Below are positions 1 to 7,987 of a stretch of 64,000 nucleotides of DNA, piece after piece. Position numbers and translations under genes: made by a program. Under the pieces are notes generated by a model, which searched no databases, was not told the DNA's origin, and saw only the letters and a program-made list of their open reading frames with translations. Source of the DNA: Bacteroidaceae bacterium. GTDB lineage: Bacteria; Bacteroidota; Bacteroidia; Bacteroidales; Bacteroidaceae. The stretch spans positions 403-64,402 of the forward strand of contig JAZUFR010000022.1 in assembly GCA_045640825.1 (NCBI GenBank). Reading direction: 5' to 3'. Numbering within the stretch: position 1 is the first letter of the stretch; each line of letters starts with the position of its first letter.

Positions 1-215
1 CTCCCGAGGTAATATGTTCCGCTCAATCTTGCTCCCCAATACCAATTGCCTTTGACCAGACGGTCATACTCCAAACCCATATATGCTCCCATGTTATTGT
101 GAGAACCAAAATATCCGCCACCATTCAAATATACAACAGACTCCTTGCTGTCCTGAGCATTAAGAGCTGATGCACAGAGTATGGTGATGAGAATGAAAAG
201 TACTGTTCGCTTCAT
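1..215 (-). CDS. hypothetical secreted / outer-membrane-type protein, N-terminal 71 codons only (gene runs off the window start)
   Basis: ATG is the complement of 213-215. Hand translation: MKRTVLFILITILCASALNAQDSKESVVYLNGGGYFGSHNNMGAYMGLEYDRLVKGNWYWGARLSGTYYLG. This is a signal peptide followed by G/Y-rich strand-like sequence. Absent from the ORF track because it is truncated by the window edge. Confidence 0.5.
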   Translation of the reverse strand, partial: MKRTVLFILITILCASALNAQDSKESVVYLNGGGYFGSHNNMGAYMGLEYDRLVKGNWYWGARLSGTYYLG

Positions 216-486
216 TTTCAAATTGTGATTTATCGGGGTGAAGATATGAAAATACACACCATTGACGAAAACAAATACCATTTATTTATCTGGCGGCCAC
301 CTTGTGTGTTTGAATCAAGCATTGAAAGTGGCTGGATAATTGGATCTGTTAACTGACACACAAACGGTATCAAATCAGTTTAGTTAGTTTACTCCTTCTT
401 ATATATACACCCTGACTAGACTGAACTGGTTTTTTGAAATGTGGAATCATGGTCATAAGTGCCCATACATCGGTGTTCGCAGAGTA

Positions 487-520
487 TGAAAAAAGCACTC
501 ACGTTTTAGCGTAAGTGCTT
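487..520 (-). terminator. hairpin + U-run immediately 3' of tRNA-like copy A
   Basis: Stem AAGCACT (493-499) / AGTGCTT (514-520) with inner ACG/CGT pairs. On the minus strand it is followed by a U-run (A489-494 on the plus strand). Confidence 0.5.
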
Positions 521-531
521 GATTTTCAGTG

Positions 532-607
532 TGGGCCATCTAGGGCTTGACTGAGAGCATCTTTAGATGCGAACTGTTGAGCCGAAGGCGAAAAACGTGA
601 AAGCCCT
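532..607 (-). ncRNA. tRNA-sized, tRNA(CAU)-derived element, copy A (function unknown; candidate structured RNA or decayed tRNA)
   Basis: Minus-strand RNA: AGGGCUUUCACGUUUUUCGCCUUCGGCUCAACAGUUCGCAUCUAAAGAUGCUCUCAGUCAAGCCCUAGAUGGCCCA. The first 7 nt after the leading A (GGGCUUU) and the last 19 nt of the annotated unit (20 nt counting the flanking C at 531) equal the termini of the tRNA at 751-823. The core has no D or anticodon arm. 73/76 identical to copy B. Confidence 0.45.
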
Positions 608-612
608 AGCAC

Positions 613-642
613 AAAAAAAGTCGTTCCCAAAAGGAACGACTT
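613..642 (-). terminator. hairpin + U-run immediately 3' of tRNA-like copy B
   Basis: Perfect 10-bp stem AAGTCGTTCC (618-627) / GGAACGACTT (633-642), 5-nt loop. A-run 613-619 on the plus strand gives a U-run after the stem on the minus strand. Confidence 0.55.
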
Positions 643-643
643 G

Positions 644-719
644 TGGGCCATCTAGGGCTTGACTGTGAGCATCCTTGGATGCGAACTGTTGAGCCGAAGG
701 CGAAAAACGTGAAAGCCCT
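644..719 (-). ncRNA. tRNA-sized, tRNA(CAU)-derived element, copy B
   Basis: Same architecture as copy A. Differs at 3 positions; two are the symmetric positions of the palindrome GCAUC[C]AA[G]GAUGC (copy A has U and A there). Confidence 0.45.
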
Positions 720-720
720 T

Positions 721-749
721 AAAACAAACAAACCGCCGAATGGCGGTTT
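721..749 (-). terminator. hairpin + U-rich tract 3' of tRNA(CAU)
   Basis: Stem AAACCGCC (730-737) / GGCGGTTT (742-749), loop GAAT. The minus strand continues GUUUGUUUU. Copy B begins 2 nt after it, so it may act as a leaky terminator or a processing structure. Confidence 0.45.
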
Positions 750-750
750 G

Positions 751-823
751 TGGGCCATCTAGGGCTTGAACCTAGGACCTCCAGATTATGAGTCTGTTGC
801 TCTAACCAACTGAGCTAAAAGCC
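751..823 (-). tRNA. tRNA with CAU anticodon (elongator Met or lysidine-type Ile2; not initiator)
   Basis: The reverse complement GGGCTTTTAGCTCAGTTGGTTAGAGCAACAGACTCATAATCTGGAGGTCCTAGGTTCAAGCCCTAGATGGCCCA folds as a cloverleaf. D stem GCTC/GAGC, anticodon loop CTCATAA, T arm CTAGG-TTCAAGC-CCTAG. The acceptor stem has one U6:U67 mismatch. It lacks the 3 G-C pairs of an initiator anticodon stem. Confidence 0.85.
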
Positions 824-854
824 CGATGAAATGACAAATGTCATATTCCGAGCA

Positions 855-862
855 CAAAAGTA
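855..862 (-). promoter_or_regulatory. -7 promoter box TACTTTTG for the tRNA(CAU) transcription unit
   Basis: Exact match to the Bacteroidota primary-sigma -7 consensus TAnnTTTG, 31 nt upstream of the mature tRNA 5' end. Confidence 0.45.
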
Positions 863-911
863 CGGTATTAAGCCGAACTTGCAAAGTTTTGCGGCAAAAA
901 TTTCTTTTGAT

Positions 912-919
912 TAATTTTG
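912..919 (+). promoter_or_regulatory. -7-like box TAATTTTG upstream of ribF
   Basis: Matches TAnnTTTG but ends only 4 nt before the ATG at 924. This implies either a leaderless mRNA or a coincidental match. Confidence 0.3.
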
Positions 920-923
920 CAGC

Positions 924-1841
924 ATGTCTTACAAGCAATGTTCATACGCGGCAACCATAGGATTCTTTGACGGAGTCCATCTTGGTCACTTACAGCTGTT
1001 GGAGCAACTCCGACAGATTGCCAAGGAACGCGGTCTAAAGAGTATGGCTGTTACATTTCCTGAACATCCCAGGCAGATATTGCAGTCCGACTACCGCCCT
1101 CGCCTGCTTTTGGCGCCAGAAACCAAGATCTCCATTCTGGGAAAATCCGGTATTGACATTTGCTTTCCGCTACATTTTACAACAGAGCTTGCAGCCATGG
1201 ACGCCCGCAGTTTCATGGAGGAATTCCTCCAGAAAAAACTGGGAGTAAAAACCCTGCTGGTAGGCTACGACCATCATTTTGGACATGAAAGGAACACTGG
1301 TTTTGAGGATTACCTCAGGATTGGCCAGGACATAGGCATGGAGGTAATCAAGGCCGATGCCCTGTTGTACCACGACCAGCCAATAAGCAGTTCCCGCATA
1401 CGCCGCAGTCTGGATTCGGGCAATGTCAAGGAGGCTGCAGACATGCTTGGCTACCGCTATACCATAAGCGGATCTGTAATACATGGCCTGCAGAACGGCC
1501 GCAAGATGGGATTCCCCACAGCAAATCTGGGACCTTACTGCGAATTCATGCAGATTCCGGCCGATGGTGTTTATTCGGCTCTTGCCACAGTGGATGGAGA
1601 GACCCATCCATCCATGCTCAATATAGGATACCGCCCCACATTCCAGGGTAAGGCCCGTACTATAGAGGCACATATCCTGGATTTTGACCGTGATATCTAC
1701 TTTAAGGAACTAACCCTGCAGTTTGTGGATTTTCTACGCCCTGAGCGCAAGTTTGAGTCTATGCAGGAGCTTGCAGATCAGCTTGATTATGACAGGGAAC
1801 AGACCAGAATCAATTTAAACAATATAATATGGGCAAAATAA
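924..1841 (+). CDS. ribF: bifunctional riboflavin kinase / FMN adenylyltransferase
   Basis: 305 aa. Nucleotidyltransferase motif GFFDGVHLGHLQLL and riboflavin-kinase motif GFPTANL. Confidence 0.9.
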   Translation: MSYKQCSYAATIGFFDGVHLGHLQLLEQLRQIAKERGLKSMAVTFPEHPRQILQSDYRPRLLLAPETKISILGKSGIDICFPLHFTTELAAMDARSFMEEFLQKKLGVKTLLVGYDHHFGHERNTGFEDYLRIGQDIGMEVIKADALLYHDQPISSSRIRRSLDSGNVKEAADMLGYRYTISGSVIHGLQNGRKMGFPTANLGPYCEFMQIPADGVYSALATVDGETHPSMLNIGYRPTFQGKARTIEAHILDFDRDIYFKELTLQFVDFLRPERKFESMQELADQLDYDREQTRINLNNIIWAK

Positions 1842-2581
1842 AGAAAACAATCATAGCACTGGCCATCTGGTTCATACTTCAGGTATTAGGAGGAATTCCA
1901 GCATCGATAGGCATGCTTTTTGAGAAAAACGTAGCATTATTGATGGCAATAGGTTTGCTTGGTTCACAGGTAGTGGAAATCCTGATTTTCTGGATACTAA
2001 GATATTTCAAGCCATCGGATATGGTAAAGCCGCTGCCAGATGGAAAAGTTTTCCTGCTGGCATTGCCTCTGGGATTTGCCGTACTGTACTCTGTTGACCT
2101 GTTGTCCTTGCCATTCAATATCCCAGACCTGCTTGGAGAACAGATGAACCAACTCTGCAATTACTTTACCGGTTTCCTGGCAATAGCAATAATAGGCCCT
2201 ATATCTGAGGAAATACTCCTGCGCCGCATAATCCTGAACGATATTAAAGAGGCTACAGGTAAGGTATGGGGTGGAATACTTATCTCCGCTGCTATATTTG
2301 CAATAATACACTTTAATCCCATACAGGTGGTATTTGCTTTCCCCGCAGGAATCCTTCTGGGCTGGCTGTACTGCAAGACCAAGAGCCTTGCTGTGCCTAT
2401 CTGCGTTCATATTCTCAACAACTCCATTGCATTCCTTACAATGAAGTATGGGACTAATGAGCCGGCATCATTCATGAGTTTTGAGGTGCTGGCATCGCTG
2501 GCAGCATGCATGGTAGTAGCCATATCACTCATCATCTGGATGAATGTATACTACAGGAAGAAAGAATCCCTTACCGATTAA
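1829..2581 (+). CDS. CPBP family intramembrane glutamic endopeptidase (CAAX protease / Abi-type)
   Basis: 250 aa polytopic membrane protein with the CPBP motifs SEEILLRR, FAIIHFN and HILNNS. Overlaps the ribF end by 13 nt. Confidence 0.8.
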   Translation: MGKIKKTIIALAIWFILQVLGGIPASIGMLFEKNVALLMAIGLLGSQVVEILIFWILRYFKPSDMVKPLPDGKVFLLALPLGFAVLYSVDLLSLPFNIPDLLGEQMNQLCNYFTGFLAIAIIGPISEEILLRRIILNDIKEATGKVWGGILISAAIFAIIHFNPIQVVFAFPAGILLGWLYCKTKSLAVPICVHILNNSIAFLTMKYGTNEPASFMSFEVLASLAACMVVAISLIIWMNVYYRKKESLTD

Positions 2582-3351
2582 AGCGCTATAGTGGTGCCGG
2601 TAAGTTTATCCAGAGACTTGGCCTGAGTAATCAGGACCGATGACACACCGGCCTGAAGGGCAACAAAAGCATTCTGTATCTTGGGGATCATTCCTCCACT
2701 GATTACACCTTCCTCTACAAGGCGGGGGAAATCGGTTGATGACAGATATGGAATAACGCTCTCGTCATTGTTCTCATCCATAAGGACTCCCGGTTTCTCA
2801 AAACAGTAGATCAGGGTTACCTTGAACAGTCTGGCCAGTGCCTTGGCGGTCTCGCCTGCAATAGTATCGGCATTGGTATTGAGCAGCTGTCCCTTTGCAT
2901 CATGTGTAAGGGGAGCCATTACTGGTACTATACCCTGCTCCAGCAGGCTTGCCAGGAACTGTGCGTTAACCTCCTTTACATCGCCCACAAAACCGTAGTC
3001 AATCTCCTTGACCGGACGCTTCTCTGAGCGCATTACATTACAGTCTGTACCAGTAAGTCCTATGGCATTTATGCCACGGGCCTGGAGCTGAGCCACGATA
3101 TTCTTGTTTACCAATCCGCCATAGACCATTGTTACCACGTCAAGCATTTCCTTGTCGGTAATGCGGCGGCCATCAACCATCTTGCTCTCTATGCCCAGAC
3201 GGCTGGCCATGGCTGTAGCTGAACGGCCACCTCCGTGAACAAGTATCTTGTTACCAGGAATGGATTTAAAATCAGTGAGCAGGCGCTCAAGTGTATCGGG
3301 TTCCTCTACTATCTTACCACCTACCTTTACTATGACCAGTGACTGTTTCAT
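2578..3351 (-). CDS. argB: acetylglutamate kinase
   Basis: 257 aa amino-acid kinase fold with VKVGGK and LVHGGG motifs and an ArgB-like sequence throughout. Confidence 0.85.
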   Translation of the reverse strand: MKQSLVIVKVGGKIVEEPDTLERLLTDFKSIPGNKILVHGGGRSATAMASRLGIESKMVDGRRITDKEMLDVVTMVYGGLVNKNIVAQLQARGINAIGLTGTDCNVMRSEKRPVKEIDYGFVGDVKEVNAQFLASLLEQGIVPVMAPLTHDAKGQLLNTNADTIAGETAKALARLFKVTLIYCFEKPGVLMDENNDESVIPYLSSTDFPRLVEEGVISGGMIPKIQNAFVALQAGVSSVLITQAKSLDKLTGTTIAL

Positions 3352-3884
3352 ATCTGTTTTAAATTGAGGAGTTTTTCTATATAGGTTACTGTGTCCGACA
3401 ACTGGTTACGGCTTTCCATAAGGTCGCCAGGACAGATATACTGGGCCCTCAGGTAGCCCGGTTCGCGGCGTGACACTTCTTCCTGAATAAACTGTGCAAG
3501 CTCCTGATCGTTCATGGCTGCTATGAGAGGTCTCTTGGAACGCGCTTCCTGGAGTCTGCGGACCAGAGTGCTGTTATTACACTGCAGGTAAACGGTCTGG
3601 CCCTTGGAAAGCATATAATCCATGTTGTCACCTATCAGCGGGGTCTTTCCACCGCACGATATGATTACATCCTCCATATCGCCCACCTCACGCAGCAGAC
3701 GGCTCTCCATATCCCTAAAACCAGACTCGCCGTATTCGGCAAAAATCTGGCTCACAGTTTTCATGTATCGGCGTTCAATGTACTGGTCCAGATCCAGGAA
3801 AGTAACACCCAGGTGCTTGGCCAATGCCTTGCCCAGGGTAGTCTTTCCGGCCCCCATGAACCCCATTAGGAATACACGGATCAT
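3348..3884 (-). CDS. aroK: shikimate kinase
   Basis: 178 aa. Walker A GFMGAGKTT and a typical AroK N-terminus. ATGA overlaps with the topA stop and the argB start. Confidence 0.85.
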   Translation of the reverse strand: MIRVFLMGFMGAGKTTLGKALAKHLGVTFLDLDQYIERRYMKTVSQIFAEYGESGFRDMESRLLREVGDMEDVIISCGGKTPLIGDNMDYMLSKGQTVYLQCNNSTLVRRLQEARSKRPLIAAMNDQELAQFIQEEVSRREPGYLRAQYICPGDLMESRNQLSDTVTYIEKLLNLKQI

Positions 3885-6220
3885 TTCTTTGTCTTAAAAA
3901 TCCTACGTTTAGGAGCACCGCCAGTCTTTTCTATCTGACGTTTAATTATCTCCTGGCACTCCTCCTCTGTAAGAGCAGCGGGATCCTGATTACGGGGAAT
4001 CTTGTAGTTGCTTCCCTGATATGCAATGTATGCACCGTAACGGCCGTTCATTACCTCCAGTTCCGGATTTCCGGGGAATGTCTTTAGAACCTTTCTTGAT
4101 TCGGCCTCACGCTTGTTTACAATGAGTGTTATAGCCTCGTCCAGGGTAATGGTAAGTGGGTCTGCTACTCCACCAAGTGACACATAGAACTTGTCATGCC
4201 TGATGTATGGACCAAACCTTCCGGTGCCCACGCTTACGGTATTGCCTTCAAACTCACCGAGCGTACGCGGCAGGCGGAACAGTTCCAGAGCCTCGTCCAG
4301 AGTAATAGTCTCTATGGTCTGGCCCTTTTTCATCTGGGCAAAACGTGGTTTTTCCTCATCATCGGCACTGCCTATCTGTACAATTGGACCGTAACGGCCA
4401 ATCTTTACAGATACCGGTTTGCCCGATATTGGATCGGAGCCTAATATACGCTCACCTACCTTGTGCTCATTCTTGAGAGACATGGCTCCATCAACCGATG
4501 GGCTGAACTTGACATAGAAATCGCTGATTACGTTCTTCCACTGCTTTTCGCCATCGGCTATCTCATCGAACTCCTTCTCTACCTGTGCGGTAAAGTTGTA
4601 GTTCATAATATCGGGGAAGTATTCAATCAGGAAGTCATTTACTACCATGCCTATGTCTGTTGGAACAAGCTTGGATTTCTCGCTGCCATAGACCTCCGAT
4701 ATGGTCTGGCCATCAATCTTACCGTTCTCAAGACGTATCATGTAGCATTCGCGCTTCTGGCCTTCTATATCCTCGCGCTGAACATACTCACGCTGCTGGA
4801 TGGTACCTATTGTAGGAGCATAGGTAGAAGGACGTCCTATTCCAAGTTCCTCGAGCTTGTGCACCAGGGCAGCCTCGTTAAAGCGCTGTGGATGCTGTGT
4901 AAAACGCTGCATTGCCATAATCTGGCTGTATTCCAGGATCTGGCCCTTAGTAAACTCTGGCAGTCCCTGAACCTCCTGTGACTCGTTGCTGTCTTCATCG
5001 CGGGTCTCACGGTAAACGCGCAGGAAACCGTCAAACTTGGTTACCTCGCCTGTTACGGTAAACTCGCCGTCTATATCGGGAGAACTTATTGCTACGGTTG
5101 TCTTCTCTATCTCGGCATCCTGCATCTGCGATGCAATGGTGCGCTTCCATATAAGTTCATACAGACGTTTCTCAGGAGCAGTTCCGTCTATTGTCTGGTT
5201 ATCCATGTAAGTAGGACGGATAGCCTCATGAGCCTCCTGGGCACCAAGAGCCTTCTGTGTATACTGATGTATCTTTACGTACTCATTACCCATGGTCTCT
5301 GTAATAACCTTCTTGCATGAATCCAGGCAAAGGGTTGACAGGTTCACGGAGTCTGTACGCATGTATGTAATCTTTCCCGATTCATACAGACGCTGTGCAA
5401 GCATCATGGTCTGCATTACGGTAAATCCAAACTTACGGGTTGCCTCCTGCTGGAGAGTAGATGTAGTAAATGGAGGTGCAGGATATTTCTTGAGTGGTCG
5501 GGTGCTTATCTCCCTTACGGAGAACTGGGCCTTCTTACACTTTTCCAGGAAAGCCTGAGCCTCTTCCTTGGTCTTGAAACGGGTGCCATAATCTGCACGT
5601 ATATCCTGGATACTGCCACCATTCTCAATCCTGAATGTAGCAACTACCCTGTATGATGCCTCGGGAACAAAATTCTTAATCTCACGCTCACGCTCTACAA
5701 TAAGGCGTACAGCTACAGACTGAACACGTCCTGCCGAAAGCGATGGCTTGACCTTACGCCAGAGTATTGGTGAGAGCTTAAAACCTACTATACGGTCAAG
5801 CACGCGGCGAGCCTGCTGTGCATATACCAGATTGGTATCTATGTCTCGCGGAGTCTCAATTGCGTTCAGAATGGCGTTCTTTGTAATTTCATGGAATACT
5901 ATTCGCTTGGTGTTGTCGGGTTTGAGTCCAAGGGTCTCAAACAGATGCCAGCTTATAGCCTCTCCCTCACGGTCCTCATCGGATGCCAGCCAAACCATGT
6001 TGGCCTGCTTGGCTGCTTCCTTGAGTTCGCCTACTACTTTCTTCTTGTCTGTAGGTATCTCGTATATTGGCTCAAATGTATCTATGTCTATGCTAAGATC
6101 CTTTTTCTTGAGGTCGCAGATGTGTCCATAACTTGACATCACCTTATAATCAGGTCCCAGGAACTTTTCTATGGTCTTGGCCTTGGCCGGAGACTCAACT
6201 ATTACCAGATTTTTTTGCAT
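3881..6220 (-). CDS. topA: DNA topoisomerase I
   Basis: TOPRIM N-terminus MQKNLVIVESPAKAKTIEKFLG and active-site Tyr context ITYMRTDS. Start moved to the ATG at 6220; the track start at 6304 lies inside the upstream terminator hairpin. Confidence 0.92.
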   Translation of the reverse strand: MQKNLVIVESPAKAKTIEKFLGPDYKVMSSYGHICDLKKKDLSIDIDTFEPIYEIPTDKKKVVGELKEAAKQANMVWLASDEDREGEAISWHLFETLGLKPDNTKRIVFHEITKNAILNAIETPRDIDTNLVYAQQARRVLDRIVGFKLSPILWRKVKPSLSAGRVQSVAVRLIVEREREIKNFVPEASYRVVATFRIENGGSIQDIRADYGTRFKTKEEAQAFLEKCKKAQFSVREISTRPLKKYPAPPFTTSTLQQEATRKFGFTVMQTMMLAQRLYESGKITYMRTDSVNLSTLCLDSCKKVITETMGNEYVKIHQYTQKALGAQEAHEAIRPTYMDNQTIDGTAPEKRLYELIWKRTIASQMQDAEIEKTTVAISSPDIDGEFTVTGEVTKFDGFLRVYRETRDEDSNESQEVQGLPEFTKGQILEYSQIMAMQRFTQHPQRFNEAALVHKLEELGIGRPSTYAPTIGTIQQREYVQREDIEGQKRECYMIRLENGKIDGQTISEVYGSEKSKLVPTDIGMVVNDFLIEYFPDIMNYNFTAQVEKEFDEIADGEKQWKNVISDFYVKFSPSVDGAMSLKNEHKVGERILGSDPISGKPVSVKIGRYGPIVQIGSADDEEKPRFAQMKKGQTIETITLDEALELFRLPRTLGEFEGNTVSVGTGRFGPYIRHDKFYVSLGGVADPLTITLDEAITLIVNKREAESRKVLKTFPGNPELEVMNGRYGAYIAYQGSNYKIPRNQDPAALTEEECQEIIKRQIEKTGGAPKRRIFKTKK

Positions 6221-6240
6221 GATATTCGTTTTTGGTGCGG

Positions 6241-6248
6241 CAAAAGTA
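6241..6248 (-). promoter_or_regulatory. -7 box TACTTTTG for topA
   Basis: Exact TAnnTTTG match, 21 nt upstream of the topA ATG and directly after the terminator hairpin. Confidence 0.5.
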
Positions 6249-6266
6249 GAATAAAAAAACATAATG

Positions 6267-6307
6267 AAAAAGGTGGACGTGGAGAAAATACTCCCTGCGT
6301 CCACCTT
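6267..6307 (-). terminator. intrinsic terminator after the TPR/beta-barrel gene pair
   Basis: 10-bp stem AAGGTGGACG (6270-6279) / CGTCCACCTT (6298-6307), followed on the minus strand by UUUUUC. Confidence 0.55.
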
Positions 6308-6341
6308 ATTAATTATAAATTAATAAAAAAAGCCTTTCAGG

Positions 6342-7979
6342 TTAGAACCTATATGTAAGGCCCAGCAGGAATGCCGGCTTGATTGAGCGGTAACCGGCAT
6401 AATAGTACCAGTCTCCTCCCAAAATACGGTTAACGGTAAGGTAGAAAGAAAGGTTGGGACGGAAATCCCAGTCGGCCGTGATGGCCAGGTCATTTATCAT
6501 AGGCATCCGGCCAGACTCTGTCTTGCCAAATGTCATCATCCTGTATGTGAGCATGGCATCAACTCCAGGTATTATATTTACCCTGCCAAATACGGAGCCG
6601 TCAAGAACCGGTTTGAGAGCCAGCCAGTCCTGTGCGTACTTACCATTCCATTTGTTATACTGCAGATCAATTCTTAGCTGGACTTTCTCCCTGAACTTGA
6701 GATCAGTGTTCAAACGTGCATAGAGCGCATCCGATGAACCCTGTCTGAGTTCCGATGAGAATACAATACTGTCACTTACAAGCTGGAAAATATCGTCAAT
6801 CCTGTGTCTGTAGCCGGCATCGGCCGATATGGAAAGCCATGTTCCCTGAGAGTACTGAATACCAAGAGAAACGTCTATAGGAGTGTAACCATCCTTTATT
6901 CTCTGAGTCTCTGACCAATATGGAGAAATGGCGGCAAGCGTTCTCATGTCATACTCTTCCAGACCTCCGGTAAATCCGGCATGGAGCTTGAATCCACCTT
7001 TTAACCTGTAGGTTGCAGTGGCCATAGGCGATACCAGGATTGAGTGACCGGCACTGGACCGGAAATCCAGGTTGGCACCAGCCCTTACATCCAGCTTATC
7101 CCATGACTGTTTCCAGTAAGGAGAAAGAGTAACTGTGGTAAAATTGCTGTACTTGGCACCATACAGGCCCTCCCAGTCAAGCAGAGCGGTCTTCTGGTTA
7201 TAGTCAACACCTAACTTTCCATCCTGGATGGGTATCAGAGCGCCGGCGCCTATGCGAATAAGGCGCTCACTGTTCCTGCGCTCAATTCCGTTAAGCTTGA
7301 GTCCGCCACGCTTGAGCCACTGCATGTCGGCCAGGAAATGCCATACTACATCGCTTATAATACCATCGGCAGCCACACCTACATCGGCCCTGGTGGTATT
7401 GAGCATGAACTTACTGGCCTGGACAATGGCGGCAGTAGTATCATGGCCTTCGCGGAAATTGTAGTGTGAATGACCGTATGAGCCGTCTATGGCCAGGTTA
7501 AAGCTGTCAAACCTGTGCGAGTAGCTCATGTTCATATTGGCATTGAACATTCTGGATTTCCAGTCACCGCTTGGTTTGCTTGCCCATGCATCCATAATGG
7601 CCGATATCTCCAGCAGATCCCTGTCGGAGATGCGCCATCCCATATCCAGGAGTCCGTCATGCTGGTTTCTGAGTCCGTAGCCAAAACGCATGATACCAAA
7701 AAGACGGTCTGGGCGCACGTCATCGGATTTGGGGCTGAACACCTCCATTGGAGTGCGCTTGTAGGTATTGTCAGGGTTAGCCTCTGTACGATAGCTTACC
7801 TCAACCGGTTTGCGGGTTGTCTCGGGGCGGTCTGGAACTGTAGTTATCTTGGTCTGTACAGACATGGAAGGATTGTAAGATCCCTCCACAGTGAGTGATC
7901 TGGAAGGCAGATCATTCTGTGCATGCAGGACATTCAGGCAAAGTGTGGCGGCACACGCCAGTGCAATATACTTTTTCAT
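6342..7979 (-). CDS. uncharacterised outer-membrane beta-barrel protein
   Basis: About 545 aa. Signal peptide MKKYIALACAATLCLNVLHAQ, alternating aromatic/G-rich strands, C-terminal ...LTYRF (aromatic terminal residue typical of OMPs). ATG at 7979 preferred over the TTG at 7991 used by the track. Confidence 0.5.
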   Translation of the reverse strand: MKKYIALACAATLCLNVLHAQNDLPSRSLTVEGSYNPSMSVQTKITTVPDRPETTRKPVEVSYRTEANPDNTYKRTPMEVFSPKSDDVRPDRLFGIMRFGYGLRNQHDGLLDMGWRISDRDLLEISAIMDAWASKPSGDWKSRMFNANMNMSYSHRFDSFNLAIDGSYGHSHYNFREGHDTTAAIVQASKFMLNTTRADVGVAADGIISDVVWHFLADMQWLKRGGLKLNGIERRNSERLIRIGAGALIPIQDGKLGVDYNQKTALLDWEGLYGAKYSNFTTVTLSPYWKQSWDKLDVRAGANLDFRSSAGHSILVSPMATATYRLKGGFKLHAGFTGGLEEYDMRTLAAISPYWSETQRIKDGYTPIDVSLGIQYSQGTWLSISADAGYRHRIDDIFQLVSDSIVFSSELRQGSSDALYARLNTDLKFREKVQLRIDLQYNKWNGKYAQDWLALKPVLDGSVFGRVNIIPGVDAMLTYRMMTFGKTESGRMPMINDLAITADWDFRPNLSFYLTVNRILGGDWYYYAGYRSIKPAFLLGLTYRF

Positions 7980-7987
7980 AATCTTAT

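Noticed and set aside
246-356. 36-codon ORF (MKIHTIDENKYHLFIWRPPCVFESSIESGWIIGSVN) in the 270-nt non-coding stretch 216-486.
   Set aside because: No promoter box, motif or repeat supports it, and its length is within chance expectation.
531-823. CRISPR array, suggested by regularly spaced repeats at ~110-nt period.
   Set aside because: There are only three copies, the repeat unit is 76 nt and tRNA-derived, the 'spacers' are terminator-like hairpins, and no cas genes are present.
487-923. Genomic island or prophage integrated at the tRNA(CAU) or tRNA-Pro/Phe loci.
   Set aside because: There is no integrase, excisionase, transposase or phage gene anywhere in the window. The flanking genes are core metabolism genes.
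3881-6304. N-terminal extensions in the ORF track. Affected starts: topA 6304, A2M 18729, fur 23676, dnaG 24808, tpiA 28780, DJ-1 34106, argC 39744, argG 41167, argR 42285, inositol-P synthase 43786, dusB 51100, GH8 56353. TTG/GTG starts shown as M: 7991, 27938, 35880, 38742, 41756.
   Set aside because: Downstream ATGs give canonical family N-termini or signal peptides. The extensions overlap upstream genes, terminators or promoters.
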